Source of the DNA: Catajapyx aquilonaris
Taxonomy: Eukaryota
DNA: 64,000 nucleotides
Assembly: GCA_000934665.2 (NCBI GenBank)
Contig: JYFJ02001577.1
Span: forward strand, 1 to 64,000
Direction of reading: 5' to 3'
The notes below the pieces were generated by a model that was given only the letters and a program-made list of their open reading frames with translations, was not told the DNA's origin and did not search any database. Positions 1 through 11,300 of the stretch are shown in pieces. Position 1 is the stretch's first letter. Each line of letters starts with the position of its first letter. Made by a program: the position numbers and the translations under genes.

Positions 1-96
1 CTAGTGAAACCCCTGGGGCATATGTCGGGGCCTCCGTACGGATTTGCATAGCGAATAACAGGAGAGACAGACATACGTCTAGAAATATGTATTAGA
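1..96 (-). mobile_element. Possible 5' end of a non-autonomous Helitron, cut by the window edge
   Basis: Minus strand reads A|TCTAATACATATTTCTAGACGTATGTCTGTCTCTCC. A 5'-TC, an AT-rich head and a GTCT-type microsatellite are typical of arthropod Helitron 5' ends. The 3' end is not in the window. Confidence 0.3.
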
Positions 97-771
97 TAAT
101 ATTTCATGTACAATAGTAAATTTCATTTCTTGTTGCCTTCTATGCATTCCTCAGTCCTCCCAAAAATCACACTAATTCAAGAAAAAAAATTATCTCTCCA
201 CTTTTAATAATGCCACAAATGTGACTCCTGCAGAGAACAAAATGATAAATCTTTCTCCCTCGTGTGCAATAAAATTATAAAGTGTGCCCCAAGTAATTGT
301 TATAAAACTTGTGGGAACTTTGGCACATGAAATTAATCGTAAAAGTTCCTGTCAATTAAAAGTCACACGCGTATGGTGCTAAAACATACATTCCTTTTAT
401 TGCCAATCAAGAGCCATACTCATTCTCAGCTAAGTCAATTCAAGGTCTATCCAACGTACAAAAAAAAATTGTCCATTTACATAATGCACAACTTCATGTA
501 TCAAAAACGTTCACAATTTCTTTGCAGTATTAAAACTAAACAAAAAAAGTTACTACCGGTAATAAACCAATATCATGATTCCTGAGTATTATGAGAAACA
601 CACTTGTACACCCTACATTTCATACCATAATTGTTGGTAGGCCCTATATTTGTCTCCCTGAAACATAAATAAGCTCCAAGTTGCAGATCAAGATGTGTTG
701 AATGATGATGGGTAACGCAGGTTTAGTTTCTTGATGACTTTCAACTAAAGTGACCAGTTGTGCCCTGCGAC

Positions 772-1017
772 TTATTCACTTCCAGTCCGGGGCCTTCCAT
801 TGCGAGGGTCATCCTTACAGGACTGCCGACCTCTCTTAAACTCCCCAACCCACCTCTTGACAGTGGAATAGGACGGAGCCGATGCACCCAACGTCTCTTT
901 CATGTCCTTATAGATACCTTTCGGAGACAACTTCTTTGCCGCCAGATATTTGATCACGGCTCTCAGCTCTTCCTTATCCATCCCACCTGTTGCAATATTT
1001 GGCATTTCAGACAACAC
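772..1017 (-). CDS. Mariner (Mos1-type) transposase N-terminal HTH-only ORF, either a remnant or a domesticated small gene
   Basis: MDKEELRAVIKYL..K.LSPKGIYKDMKETLGASAPSYSTVKRWVGEFKRGRQSCKDDPRNGRPRT matches the mariner first HTH plus the GRPR motif. It stops cleanly after GRPRTGSE, with no recognisable DDD catalytic domain or TIRs nearby. Confidence 0.75.
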   Translation of the reverse strand: MLSEMPNIATGGMDKEELRAVIKYLAAKKLSPKGIYKDMKETLGASAPSYSTVKRWVGEFKRGRQSCKDDPRNGRPRTGSE

Positions 1018-1439
1018 GCTTTTGCTGTGTATCTACTGTAAGTGTTCAAACTTTACAGACGACATGCCATGTTATTATACAATTGCTTGGTAAATTAAAA
1101 CATGCCAACTACACTGCAACTTCAAAGGACATCCTGCACAATTTTAATGCCTTTTAATTGTTTTTTTAAAAAGGCCGCCATATTCCAGCCAACGCCCACA
1201 AAATGCAGTCTTCTATACCAACATTTTTCATGCTGATAAGATTAGACAGAGGCACAAAGCTCTTACCACTAAATTTTTCCGGGTATCCGCCGCATAGATC
1301 GTCTCCTCGCTTCATGCAATGCCTCATACAAACATGTAAGCGACAATGATCAAAAGTCACCCCAAATTTTCATTACAAAAGTGGACCAAACAATGCTCTC
1401 CCAGTGGCCTTGCGTGCGTCTCAAGGGCGCCAAGCGAGT

Positions 1440-2060
1440 GGACGGAAGCTGCAGGGACGACAACAACGGAAGTGACAGATCAATTAGAACAAAAAAAATG
1501 CGACATTAAACACGCCCGTAATTAAACCAAAGCAATTATCTAATTTGTTCCCGCCAAAACTTGCTAAAAAATATCATTAATTTTGTTAAAAACAGCCGCA
1601 ATAATCCGGATCCAAAATGGCCGCCTCCGTGATCAAGTATATGAACGCAACCACATTCCAAACATGAACACTTTTTGGACTTCTCAACAATTTATTATAA
1701 TTATGCAATTATTTTCAGTACATATTATGCAGATCTCACAGGTAGAATCAAAGCTTCATCTCCTTCTCTTTCTGGACATCTTAATTTCCAGCGTGTGACC
1801 TGCTTATTATAGCAGCCTCCTCCTGGACCACTGAATCTCTGCACATTCCGCAAAGTTTCCTTATTTTCTGCCACACTACTTCATGGTTTATGCAGCACGG
1901 TAATTAATCATCCGTTAATCATCTCAAGTTTCTGTAGTACTTTCCTGCCGAATCGCTTGGTTCAGAAACTTTTTTTTTTTCTTCTTTTGGATTCCCGCCA
2001 GCCGCCATCTTGTACTCTCCATCAATGTAGCCAGCTGCAAATTGAACACACTCATGTTCC
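1440..2060. promoter_or_regulatory. Putative bidirectional promoter between the HTH ORF and RanBP3
   Basis: CpG-richer stretch with ETS-like CGGAAGTG (about 1468) and YY1-like CAAAATGGCCGCC (about 1614, +) and CAAGATGGCGGC (2001-2012, -), upstream of two divergent ORFs. Confidence 0.45.
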
Positions 2061-2333
2061 AGTAAATTGCAATTTGCATAATTAAATTGAGCGACATTAC
2101 AGTTGAAAGTGACAGATAATGATTGTTTAGCGTGTAAAGAGCATGTTAGTGCAGTCTACTCCCCTCATTCTTTACCCCCCACCTTTTTCCCTTCCCCTGG
2201 TGTCCCCTCCCCCACCCCCAGCCATACCTTCCATCCCGTGAATCTGGCAACTTTCATCTTGTTGTGTTTTGTACAAAGAAAAAGAGACAAAAAGAGGAGA
2301 AGGGGGAAAAAAAAAATTAATAATTTTGCAGCC

Positions 2334-5300
2334 ATGGCCGATTCCGAGCTGGGTAAGGCATCGCTCCTACGGTGCTCTTTTCTAAGGCGTACCATGGCCG
2401 CGACAAAAGGTGTGATTGGGACATTTTTGGTTGTTGGACGGCCATCCCCCTCCACTCTCTCACCTTTTTTTAGTTGTTTACCGTTGCACCGCGTGGTTTT
2501 CTTTTAAGGGTAAAGAGTGTTGGAGGGGGGAAATGGTGTACATAGTAAGTTGGGGAGAGATGAAAGGACTGGGTGTGCGGCACCTGTCAAATTAGGATCT
2601 GCAGGAGAATAACTCGGGTTGACTTACTGCAGTAACCGCAATGAGTAGTTACTTATTTGAACCAATCATGAAGTTGCAATGGCGATAACCGCAGGTCTTA
2701 CATTGCCCAAAGAGGCATCCGCCATCGTTACTTGGGCCGAGATCGTTGACATTGTTTGCTTCAACAAAAAGTTTCCATGGAAATTACCGCCGCAGAACAA
2801 TATGAGTAGACAGAAGCAACAATGGAGGCATTTTATGCCGTTCCATGGAGATGCCGTCGCATACCAAAAGAAGTAATGAGTGTCAACAGTCAAGCTTGAC
2901 CGATGTGTTTACATGTGAGCGATTTGATGAGCGAAATCTTTCGCCGAGGCTGAAATTAACAATGGATTTTCGCCACAAACAATATTGGTTACTCGGCCTC
3001 GGTGAAGACTTAGCTCTGCTTCGGTTGTCAAATCGCTCACATGTAAATGCATCTTAAAGATGGCTGCCTGCCTCGGCCTGGGAAAGAGGAAAGGATAGGG
3101 AGTCGTTTCTCTAGATATGCATATTATAGCAGAACTCTTTGACTGTGCCTTAGCACAACCATCTTTGTTATCTGTTGAAACAAAGTTACATTGGCAAACC
3201 TTTGTATTGATGTGTTTATTTATAATTGTGGTAGCCGTGTGTACAATTTACAATTAGTTGGTCCACGATTAGGGTAGGTAGGAGGGGATGTGCAAAGTCG
3301 TTGCTTGGTCATTTTGTGAACTGCCCCGGGTGTATTAGTCTAGCGGAAATTTCCACCCGAGACGAAGCCAGAGATGGCCCAACTTTGCACGACTTTAAGG
3401 GGGAACCCTGGACCTTAACATCCGTGGGCGCGCGCGTTACCGCAGCACCACTCCGCCTCAAAATTTAGGAATGTTAAATTAAACTGCAGGCGCTTGCATT
3501 GAGGTAGCTTTTGTTATGAGTTCAGTGCTAAATGTTTTACTTGGACTGCCAAAAAGACATTTTCATAATTTTGGGTGGGTGTTGGACCCCATTTAGTTGG
3601 ATGTTTGGGAAATGGCAATTGAAGGAGGGAAAGTAAATGTATTAACCAATTCACTTTTTTTTTTTTCAAGAAACAAAAAACCGAAGTGGTTTGTTTTCTG
3701 TGTTTACTCCCCATTACTGTAATACTATGCACACAGTGGTATGATGTTATGAACTAGGTTGACCAGGGGGCTGGTCAGCTGGTATAAAATGCTGCAATTT
3801 TTATGATATCCTCCTTGGAAATTCTTACTTATTTTAATGTTAACCATAATAATAATAATGTTTATGAATGCCTTGTGTTGAGGAAAAAACCACTTGCATG
3901 TTAGGTTTAATATGTAAACCTGGCTAACGTGATGCTCTTTGTAGCAGACTTTTATGTGTCGGTTTTCCATGACTTTTTGTTAACCTGTATATCTAAGAAT
4001 AATGGTGTGGATAAAATTTCTTACGAGGCAGGCCATGTAATTGGCCAGAGATTATGAATAACAACAGTGCTATTGAATAGGAGTCACTAAAACCCTGGTT
4101 GTGCCTGAGGATTCCGAATCCCTCTGGTGGGCAGGTTGGTTCAGTGCCGTGGAAATGGAGCAGTTGTCGATCTCCCAAGTGTGTGAACTCTGAATCTGAG
4201 ATTTTGTAGTTTGACTGAAACTTTAACATCAAAACATACTTTACTATGGAGAAGTTACTGTCGATTTCTTACAAAATTTTACTACCAATGTTTCTGTAGA
4301 ATTTGGTAGCATTGATTATAACAAGCATGTGGCTGGCATATTGGGAATGCAGCTGCAGTTAACCAGATGATGATTTAATTTGCAAAGCTCCAAGGAGTTT
4401 TCTGTAAATCTGAGTGATGCTTTTGCTCTATGTGCACTTGAACCTACTTCTATGATTCACATTAGATTAGAGACATCGGTGGTTTTCCACTGAACTCATT
4501 GGAGGTTTGAGTGTTCATAATTTTATTGGCGATAATGCTTGAAACGTTTAGTCTGGTTACATGTGGAAAGATGGGTTCTCTCTGTGCTTGTATGGGTTTT
4601 CGCGGGGTTCTCTAATTTCTTCCTGCAATCTAATTTTATCACGTGACAGGCAGTGAATAAAGTTGGATGTTAAAAGGAATGTCCCCTAAATGGGCCCAGT
4701 TGGCATGTCAGAGGGTATCCAACACTTATTAATTATTATTCTAATTATAACACCATGAAGTATTCATTACTTATTAATGACCAACCAGGTCATGAAAAAG
4801 TCATTTAAGTGTATATTACATTCATTGAAGTTGGGTAATTACAAACCTTGGCCTTGAAAAGAGTCGATTTATATTTAATTGGTACTTACAAATGATTTAT
4901 CATTGAACAAGACTAATATTTGTTAATACAGTTGCGACAAGGAAAATCTTCCAACCCCACTTGTGAGATAAGTTCAGGTGTATCTTGTGATAGAGATTTT
5001 TCATGTGAATGGCTATATATTTTGTCTGTGGGTTATGTGATACATAATAGACTATGCTAATCACAGTGTTACCCACTGTCAGATTTGCCTCCAGTTTTTA
5101 GAAGTGCATGATCTGGTGGCTAAACCGGCATGCCAGTCTAAGTGAAGTATGCCAGTATGAGGCGACGTTTTCACTTGCATTATCCTTTCAGAACTTGATA
5201 TTTACCTGAAATCGATATCCATGAAAAGGCGATCGAAAAGGTACATTTTCCTATTGGTACTGTACAGTATATTGTTTTCAATAATTGAAAACAATATACT

Positions 5301-8300
5301 GTACAGTACCAATAGGAAAATGTACCTTTTCGATTACCAGGCATGGATTACAGTGTGTGGCAATAATCTGTATATACGGGTGCATTGTAGAATACAGTGA
5401 GCACTTGATGACTTAATTGTTACTTTCATCATCCCCCACTTCTCGGCTGATTTCTTGGAAGATTGTTTAAAGAAACTGAAGTTGCGTACTCTCCGAGGTA
5501 TTCTCACAGCCTTGTACTTGCCCATTTTTCACTGTAACATTATTTTAGAACGGTACCAGAAGCATTCAAAAATAATATTTGAGTAGGATCAAAATTATGA
5601 AAATCTACCTCGGTTATTGTGGCATACTGGCCGACCTCGTTTTATACCGGCATGCCGCTTTATGTGAGGTAATACAGTACAATATAAGAAGTGATGTAAG
5701 ACTCAGATGGCAACTGAATTTTGAATGAAAGGGAAGAAAATGAGGAACCCGTGTTATTTTGTAAGGTTACATAGAGGAATTTTTGTTCGTGAAGGTGTAG
5801 GATGTATCCAGAGTGTACTGGTACTTAAATTACAGCGAGAAAAGCCTAGCTTAGAAAGCTTAGAATGTAAATGTAATGTCAAGAGCTAATAACTGGTAAC
5901 GTATACCCCGTGTTAGGCCTTCTTGGGCCTTTTAGAGTATCATATTTTCATTGACCATCTTTAATCATTGCCTTTGCTGTGATATGTTTCGATTGTGGGA
6001 GGAAACGGGAGAGCCCCAAGAAAACCCCCATGCAAACACGGAGAGAACCCAATGAAACTAAATCCACATATAAGCATCCTCAGTCCGACATGTGATCTCA
6101 GAGGTGGCTGTAGGCTGTGGAGCTAACCACTATAGTGACTATACCACTGTACCGTTACAATGAAAGATCTGGATAACTCTCTGGATTGTTGCTATTGATA
6201 ACATATTCAATAATATTGTAACTGAATGACCCAAACATATAGCTTTCCAAGTTCCTTATTCTGAAGCCCTAAATGATTTTCAGTGGTTTGGTAACAATGC
6301 CATAAATTAGTTTCAGCTACAGCTAGGAAATTTTGAGGTAACATATGTGACTTCCTATTATGCAATGCGTTCACCAGTGTGCTTTTCAGTGAGGAAAGAA
6401 AAATAGCTATTGTAAAGTAATTTCATCGATATAAGCAGCTTAGTGCTAAAAAAAACTTGAAGCTGAAAGAGACACGTTAAGTGGCATACTAGGGGCAATC
6501 CAGGGGATTATCATGCTTATGCCATAACAGCAGTCATTTTTGGAAAAACCAAGGACAGAGTGAATGGACCATTGCATGTGTAGCCAAGAAGCCCTAGTCA
6601 TTACAAGACATACAGTTCAGCATCAGTATATTGCAGATCTTGGAAATAAATAATGATGACATGGCATATGGGAAACACATGCAACAAGGGCTGTTTTTGT
6701 GTGCAGAAATGAAGTACACTGTAAGTTCTTTTTGGATCGCATATGCATGAGTGATCAGAAAACTAGGTAACAGACTTGTGTAGAATAACGTAACTATCAT
6801 GATCGGTCCTGTTAGTTACAACATTATTCTGCACAAGTCTTCAGTTGTTGAAATACTTACGCCATTGTCTGATAGAGCTACCAGTGAAATCACGAAATTA
6901 CGACATCTCGATACGACTTCAAACAATCGTGCAGTTTATATGTAGTGGAATGGGACAGGACTTTGAGACATGCTGGGAAAAAAATGTCATGTCATCCGAC
7001 CATGTTTTTTTGTTATTAGAAACTTTGTCTTAGAGAAGTTCAAGTGTTAAGGTTCCATGGGAATGATAACATGACAGCCTGCCTTTATTTGCATTGGCGA
7101 CACTTCTTGCACATGAGAATGCTAGAAGCAATGTGGAGGCATACTGTGCAAAAGGAAGTCTGTATGCCTAACCCTAGTTTAATGCTGTAACAGTGAGGAT
7201 ATTTCCTGTTATTATGCAATATAAATACGATGTAAAGCCTGCATGTTGTACGATAAGGTGTGGCAATGAGTGTAATATTCCATGAAATACACACCGACTT
7301 GTTAAATCAACAAAATCTATCATCAGTCGCCTTCGATGTCACTGAAACTTTTGTTTCCTCACCTGTAGGTGACGCTGTTGGCAAATCATCGAGTGACCTT
7401 TCGTTGGAAAAGAAGGTATGCTTGAGTGTGTCACTTACATTTGACAATTGTAAAAGTGAATGATTGCTTTAGTTCAACTTGCCGCCAATACTCGTTTCAG
7501 GAACACGACAACCTGAACAATTCCAGGGATAGTTTGGAAGATCCTGGAGCTGATCGGGGTTCCCTTACTGACGATTCCTCTGGTGCTCCGTCTGCTCCCA
7601 CCACAGAAGACTCGGAGTCTCCTTCAACTGGTGATGTCTCCAAAGGTAGGCGCAAGATGCATATGAGCAAGACCTGTGAATCTTATGAAGCATGCAGCTA
7701 TAGGCTATGTATTTTATCACGCATTGTTTTTTTTTTGCTGTCTTGTGAACTGAGGACATGAGCCGATAACAAATGGGAATGATATAAATAGCTCGATATA
7801 AATTGTGGAACACGCATGTTTGCAAGGCTTTACTTTTTGTGTAACTTGTGTTGCCCTAGGTCGTGGCAGATGCCCCCCCATTTTTTTGTATAACAGATAG
7901 AGATAGGGACTGCAGGTCTATGTAGGACACATTTGATGTGTAAATGTTAGGCTTAGCGTTTCTGATTAGTCGCGATGTTACACTTCAAAACCCTCAAAGG
8001 ATGCCATTCATCACAGTTTTTGTGTCTACAAACAAGTGAGTTTGCTTATAATTTTTTAAAGCGCCTTTTTTTGTGTTCTGGTCTTGTGAGGAATAATTGC
8101 CTTCCTTGTGACTACGTAATGTAAGGAATAGTTGCGACAGGGTTGCGATATCACATTCTTTGTTTTCCTCGTTGCATTCATGAGAGTAAGGCTATTTTTT
8201 TTAAGCTATCGTTCTTTAAAAAGGAAAATTGTGTGAGATGCGATTTTTGTAGCTAAGTGTTGTACACATGCCAAGATATTTTACATTGCATTCAGTGTTG

Positions 8301-11300
8301 TGCCTAGATTACATTTCTGTTATGAATACAGAGCTAAAAAATTAGGCTCCAATTTTTTTCCCCTTGGCCAATACATTATTCAATCACTATTAAGCAAGCG
8401 ATTACACCTTTCATATCTCCCCTCCTAAAGTTCAATCGCAATATGCAAACACGTGCTAATTCACCGTGTCTATTTTTAGCAACCTGCCTAGAAAAAGGCA
8501 GCCATTTGAAATTCCAAAGGATTGGAAATAACAGCACATCTGGACAGCAAAAACGCATTGAACCATATACTTGTTTGATAGAAGTATGACAAATAAAAAA
8601 TAATAATGTAACAACAACAAGCAGGTTGATCTGAAAACAAATAATAAATGCAAGTGCACAATAGGTGGGATCCATGCCCATGGTATAATGAGGATGTGGC
8701 AAGAGTTGCGACCTTGCAGGTTGGATAGGTCAGGTTTTTCCCTGATGTAATTCAAATGGCGAAATCCAGTTACAGAAGGCTATATGTTGTTGCATGCTGC
8801 GTACCACGCATATTTTTTTTCGCACACGTGATACGGATGACGAGAGCTGATAAAAAGCGAAAACCGGAATCGGCCAGATTTTTCCCCCAACCCACACTGT
8901 ACGTGAAACAATCGCGAAAAAAAAATGAAACCCCATGGAAGCGAAAGGGGGCCAACAAGGACCAGCAGGTGTCAACAATTAAAATGTTGTGGCTCTCGAG
9001 GCCAGTTGTTTACCCCAGCAAGTTTGACAACACTCGGCACGTTTTTTTTATATTTCGAAAGTGAAGTTGCTGGCGTGAACAATTTGGCACGTTGACAACC
9101 CAGTTTTTTTCCGTATGTATTTTTCAGCTAGTGATGCACAACATGTGTATTGCGATGTAATAAAAAACGACAATGGGTACACACCAGTGTGTACTGGAAA
9201 CCCGGTCGGTTTATTTTTACGACGCGGGGTCCTTACAGTGACGTAATGATGTGACGTGCGGAAAATGTACCGTTAAACATTTCCGGAAGTACAGGTGTTG
9301 TGTAAAAAAAAAAATGCAATGTCACTTGTCTGAGTACAATTTTTTTTTAGGGCTGGTCATGCACATAGATTGACGGGTTCAAACCAGTGCGGGTTGGTAT
9401 GACGGTTTTGCCTCTGTTGGTCTCTCCTCTAGCTCCCCAAGGATTTTTCCTATACTTCAGTTCAGTCTGCGCCTAGAAAGCGAACGGATCGCAAGGTGCG
9501 CCGGCTTGTTTCGCGAAAAAAAATAATTTCGCAATACAGTGTGACATCACGCATGTGGCCCTGAGATGCCACATTGTGATACTTGTTGAGGTAGGTTGCG
9601 AACAAATTTTTCCATACATACGTGTATGAAGGCTATGTCCTCTGTACATTTCAGAGGATGTTATAAAGGAGTGGCCTTGCATTGGCGCCGGCGCCTCCTG
9701 TAGTTTTACTTGCAATCAGTCGTGAACAAACCGGCGGTCTTGCAAGTACTATTTCTAGTGACTCTGCAAGTATGTGCAATTTTTGTGCGACCATATTTTT
9801 TTTTGCCAGTGGTGCGACCATTTTTTTTTTGTGTGCTCCCAGGTTATTTTTGGGTGCATGTCCCATATTGATCTGCAGGGGGGCTCTAGACAGACCCTCC
9901 CCTGGTTTTAGTGGGAGGGGGAGAATTTTCCCGGGGTATTGATTCCACATGGGTTTGGTTGTGCCTGGAGGGGGATTCAATATTTTCTTTTTTTTATATA
10001 TACGGATTCCGGGTCAAACTGGTAGTCTATTTCTAGCTTCGGTGTTGTTTCCAAGCCTGCGACCCCGCGAAAAATATTAGGTCGCGAGCTCAGGATTGGG
10101 TCAAGGTCACTCCAAACTTGGCCCCCCCCTCCCCCTATATGTGCGCGCACACTGCTGAAATTTTGGGGGAGAAATTTGCACATAAAGTAGTATCCAGCAG
10201 CCCTTACGTAAATAATACCTGTACGTGTGGCCTCCAAAGTTACGTGGTATTATTTTAGTTGGTTTTATTTGTAACGTGTTGTGCAGCAGGGATTTTTTTT
10301 TTCGCTTCAAGGTGAGATGCATTTTTGAGTTAAAGCTGCTTTTGTTTGATGGAGATTATGCAAATTTGGGCATCCGGTCAGATAGCAGGGTAATTTCCTG
10401 ACCTCGTTGCTGGTGGGATAGTACTGGTGCAATCAGAGTTATTTTACGCCCGGTGCTGCGATTAAAAGTAGCCACGTGTAAGAGTGGTGATCACTCTATA
10501 TTTAGTTAGGTAAACAATGATTGCAATATACAACAATGTAGGCAAAACCATATTGTCACTTGCTACGAGGATGCAGCCTCACCGACAGTTGTAAGGGGGG
10601 CTGTCAAGTGTAATTATCTCATGAAAGCACATTAAGGGCCACGTGAAGGATTTACACCCCATTGAGGTCCATCCTCTGTATTTATTATTAGACATGTCCT
10701 TGATGAATCAGAGGAATGTTAACTGGCAGACCAGTACTCGTGCACTGATCGGTCCTAATTCGGGCCACAAACAAATAGGTGGATAAAAAGAGAGGAGCGG
10801 TGGATAAACAAGGATGTTTAGTGAGGTAGTGTCTGTCATTGGCGGCGATTGGAAGGTTTTGTCTCTTTTTTCCAGAACCAGAGAGTGACGAAGCAGACCG
10901 AAGCAGTCCGAGCCCTCCAAGGATCTGCGACCCCACATCCAGGTGGAGCAGGGACAGAGCCATGTACGCGCCCAAGACAGTTGGGTTTCCACCTTCGCGA
11001 GCCAGCCTTATACACACCATTCCCACTGGAGGTGAGCAGACGTTTTTAAGTGCGTTGTCCTCTGTCACAATCAGAGGAGGAAACCCCTACAGTTCCAAAG
11101 AATAAAAAAGGATCAATGACACATCCGAAATGTGTCCCGCTTCCTTCTACCCCCACCCACATTCTCCGCCTCCCATTCAAGCTTCAGTGCTTGTTAGATA
11201 TACCAGTATCGGTTTTGTGGAGGGCGGGCAGAGGTCTTGTCACAATGCAGGTGATTGACCAACCCCTCGATTTGGAATCTATATACCCGACTCCTGGCTC

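Noticed and set aside
1919..2008. Minus-strand ORF MAAGGNPKEEKKKVSEPSDSAG as a coding first exon for the HTH ORF
   Set aside because: I could not build a phase-consistent splice path to the HTH frame. It is treated as a possible uORF overlapping a YY1 motif.
4367..4441. C/D-box-like arrangement in RanBP3 intron 1
   Set aside because: The terminal D box is TTGA, there is no terminal stem, and I recognise no rRNA-complementary guide.
4932..4977. Possible extra RanBP3 exon
   Set aside because: It contains TGA in the phase required by exon 1 and has a weak donor.
8330..10400. Cluster of 60-110 aa ORFs and hAT-like fragments in the long RanBP3 intron
   Set aside because: The translations are homopolymer-driven with no recognisable domain. 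They are probably old repeat debris, but I could not define TIRs or TSDs.
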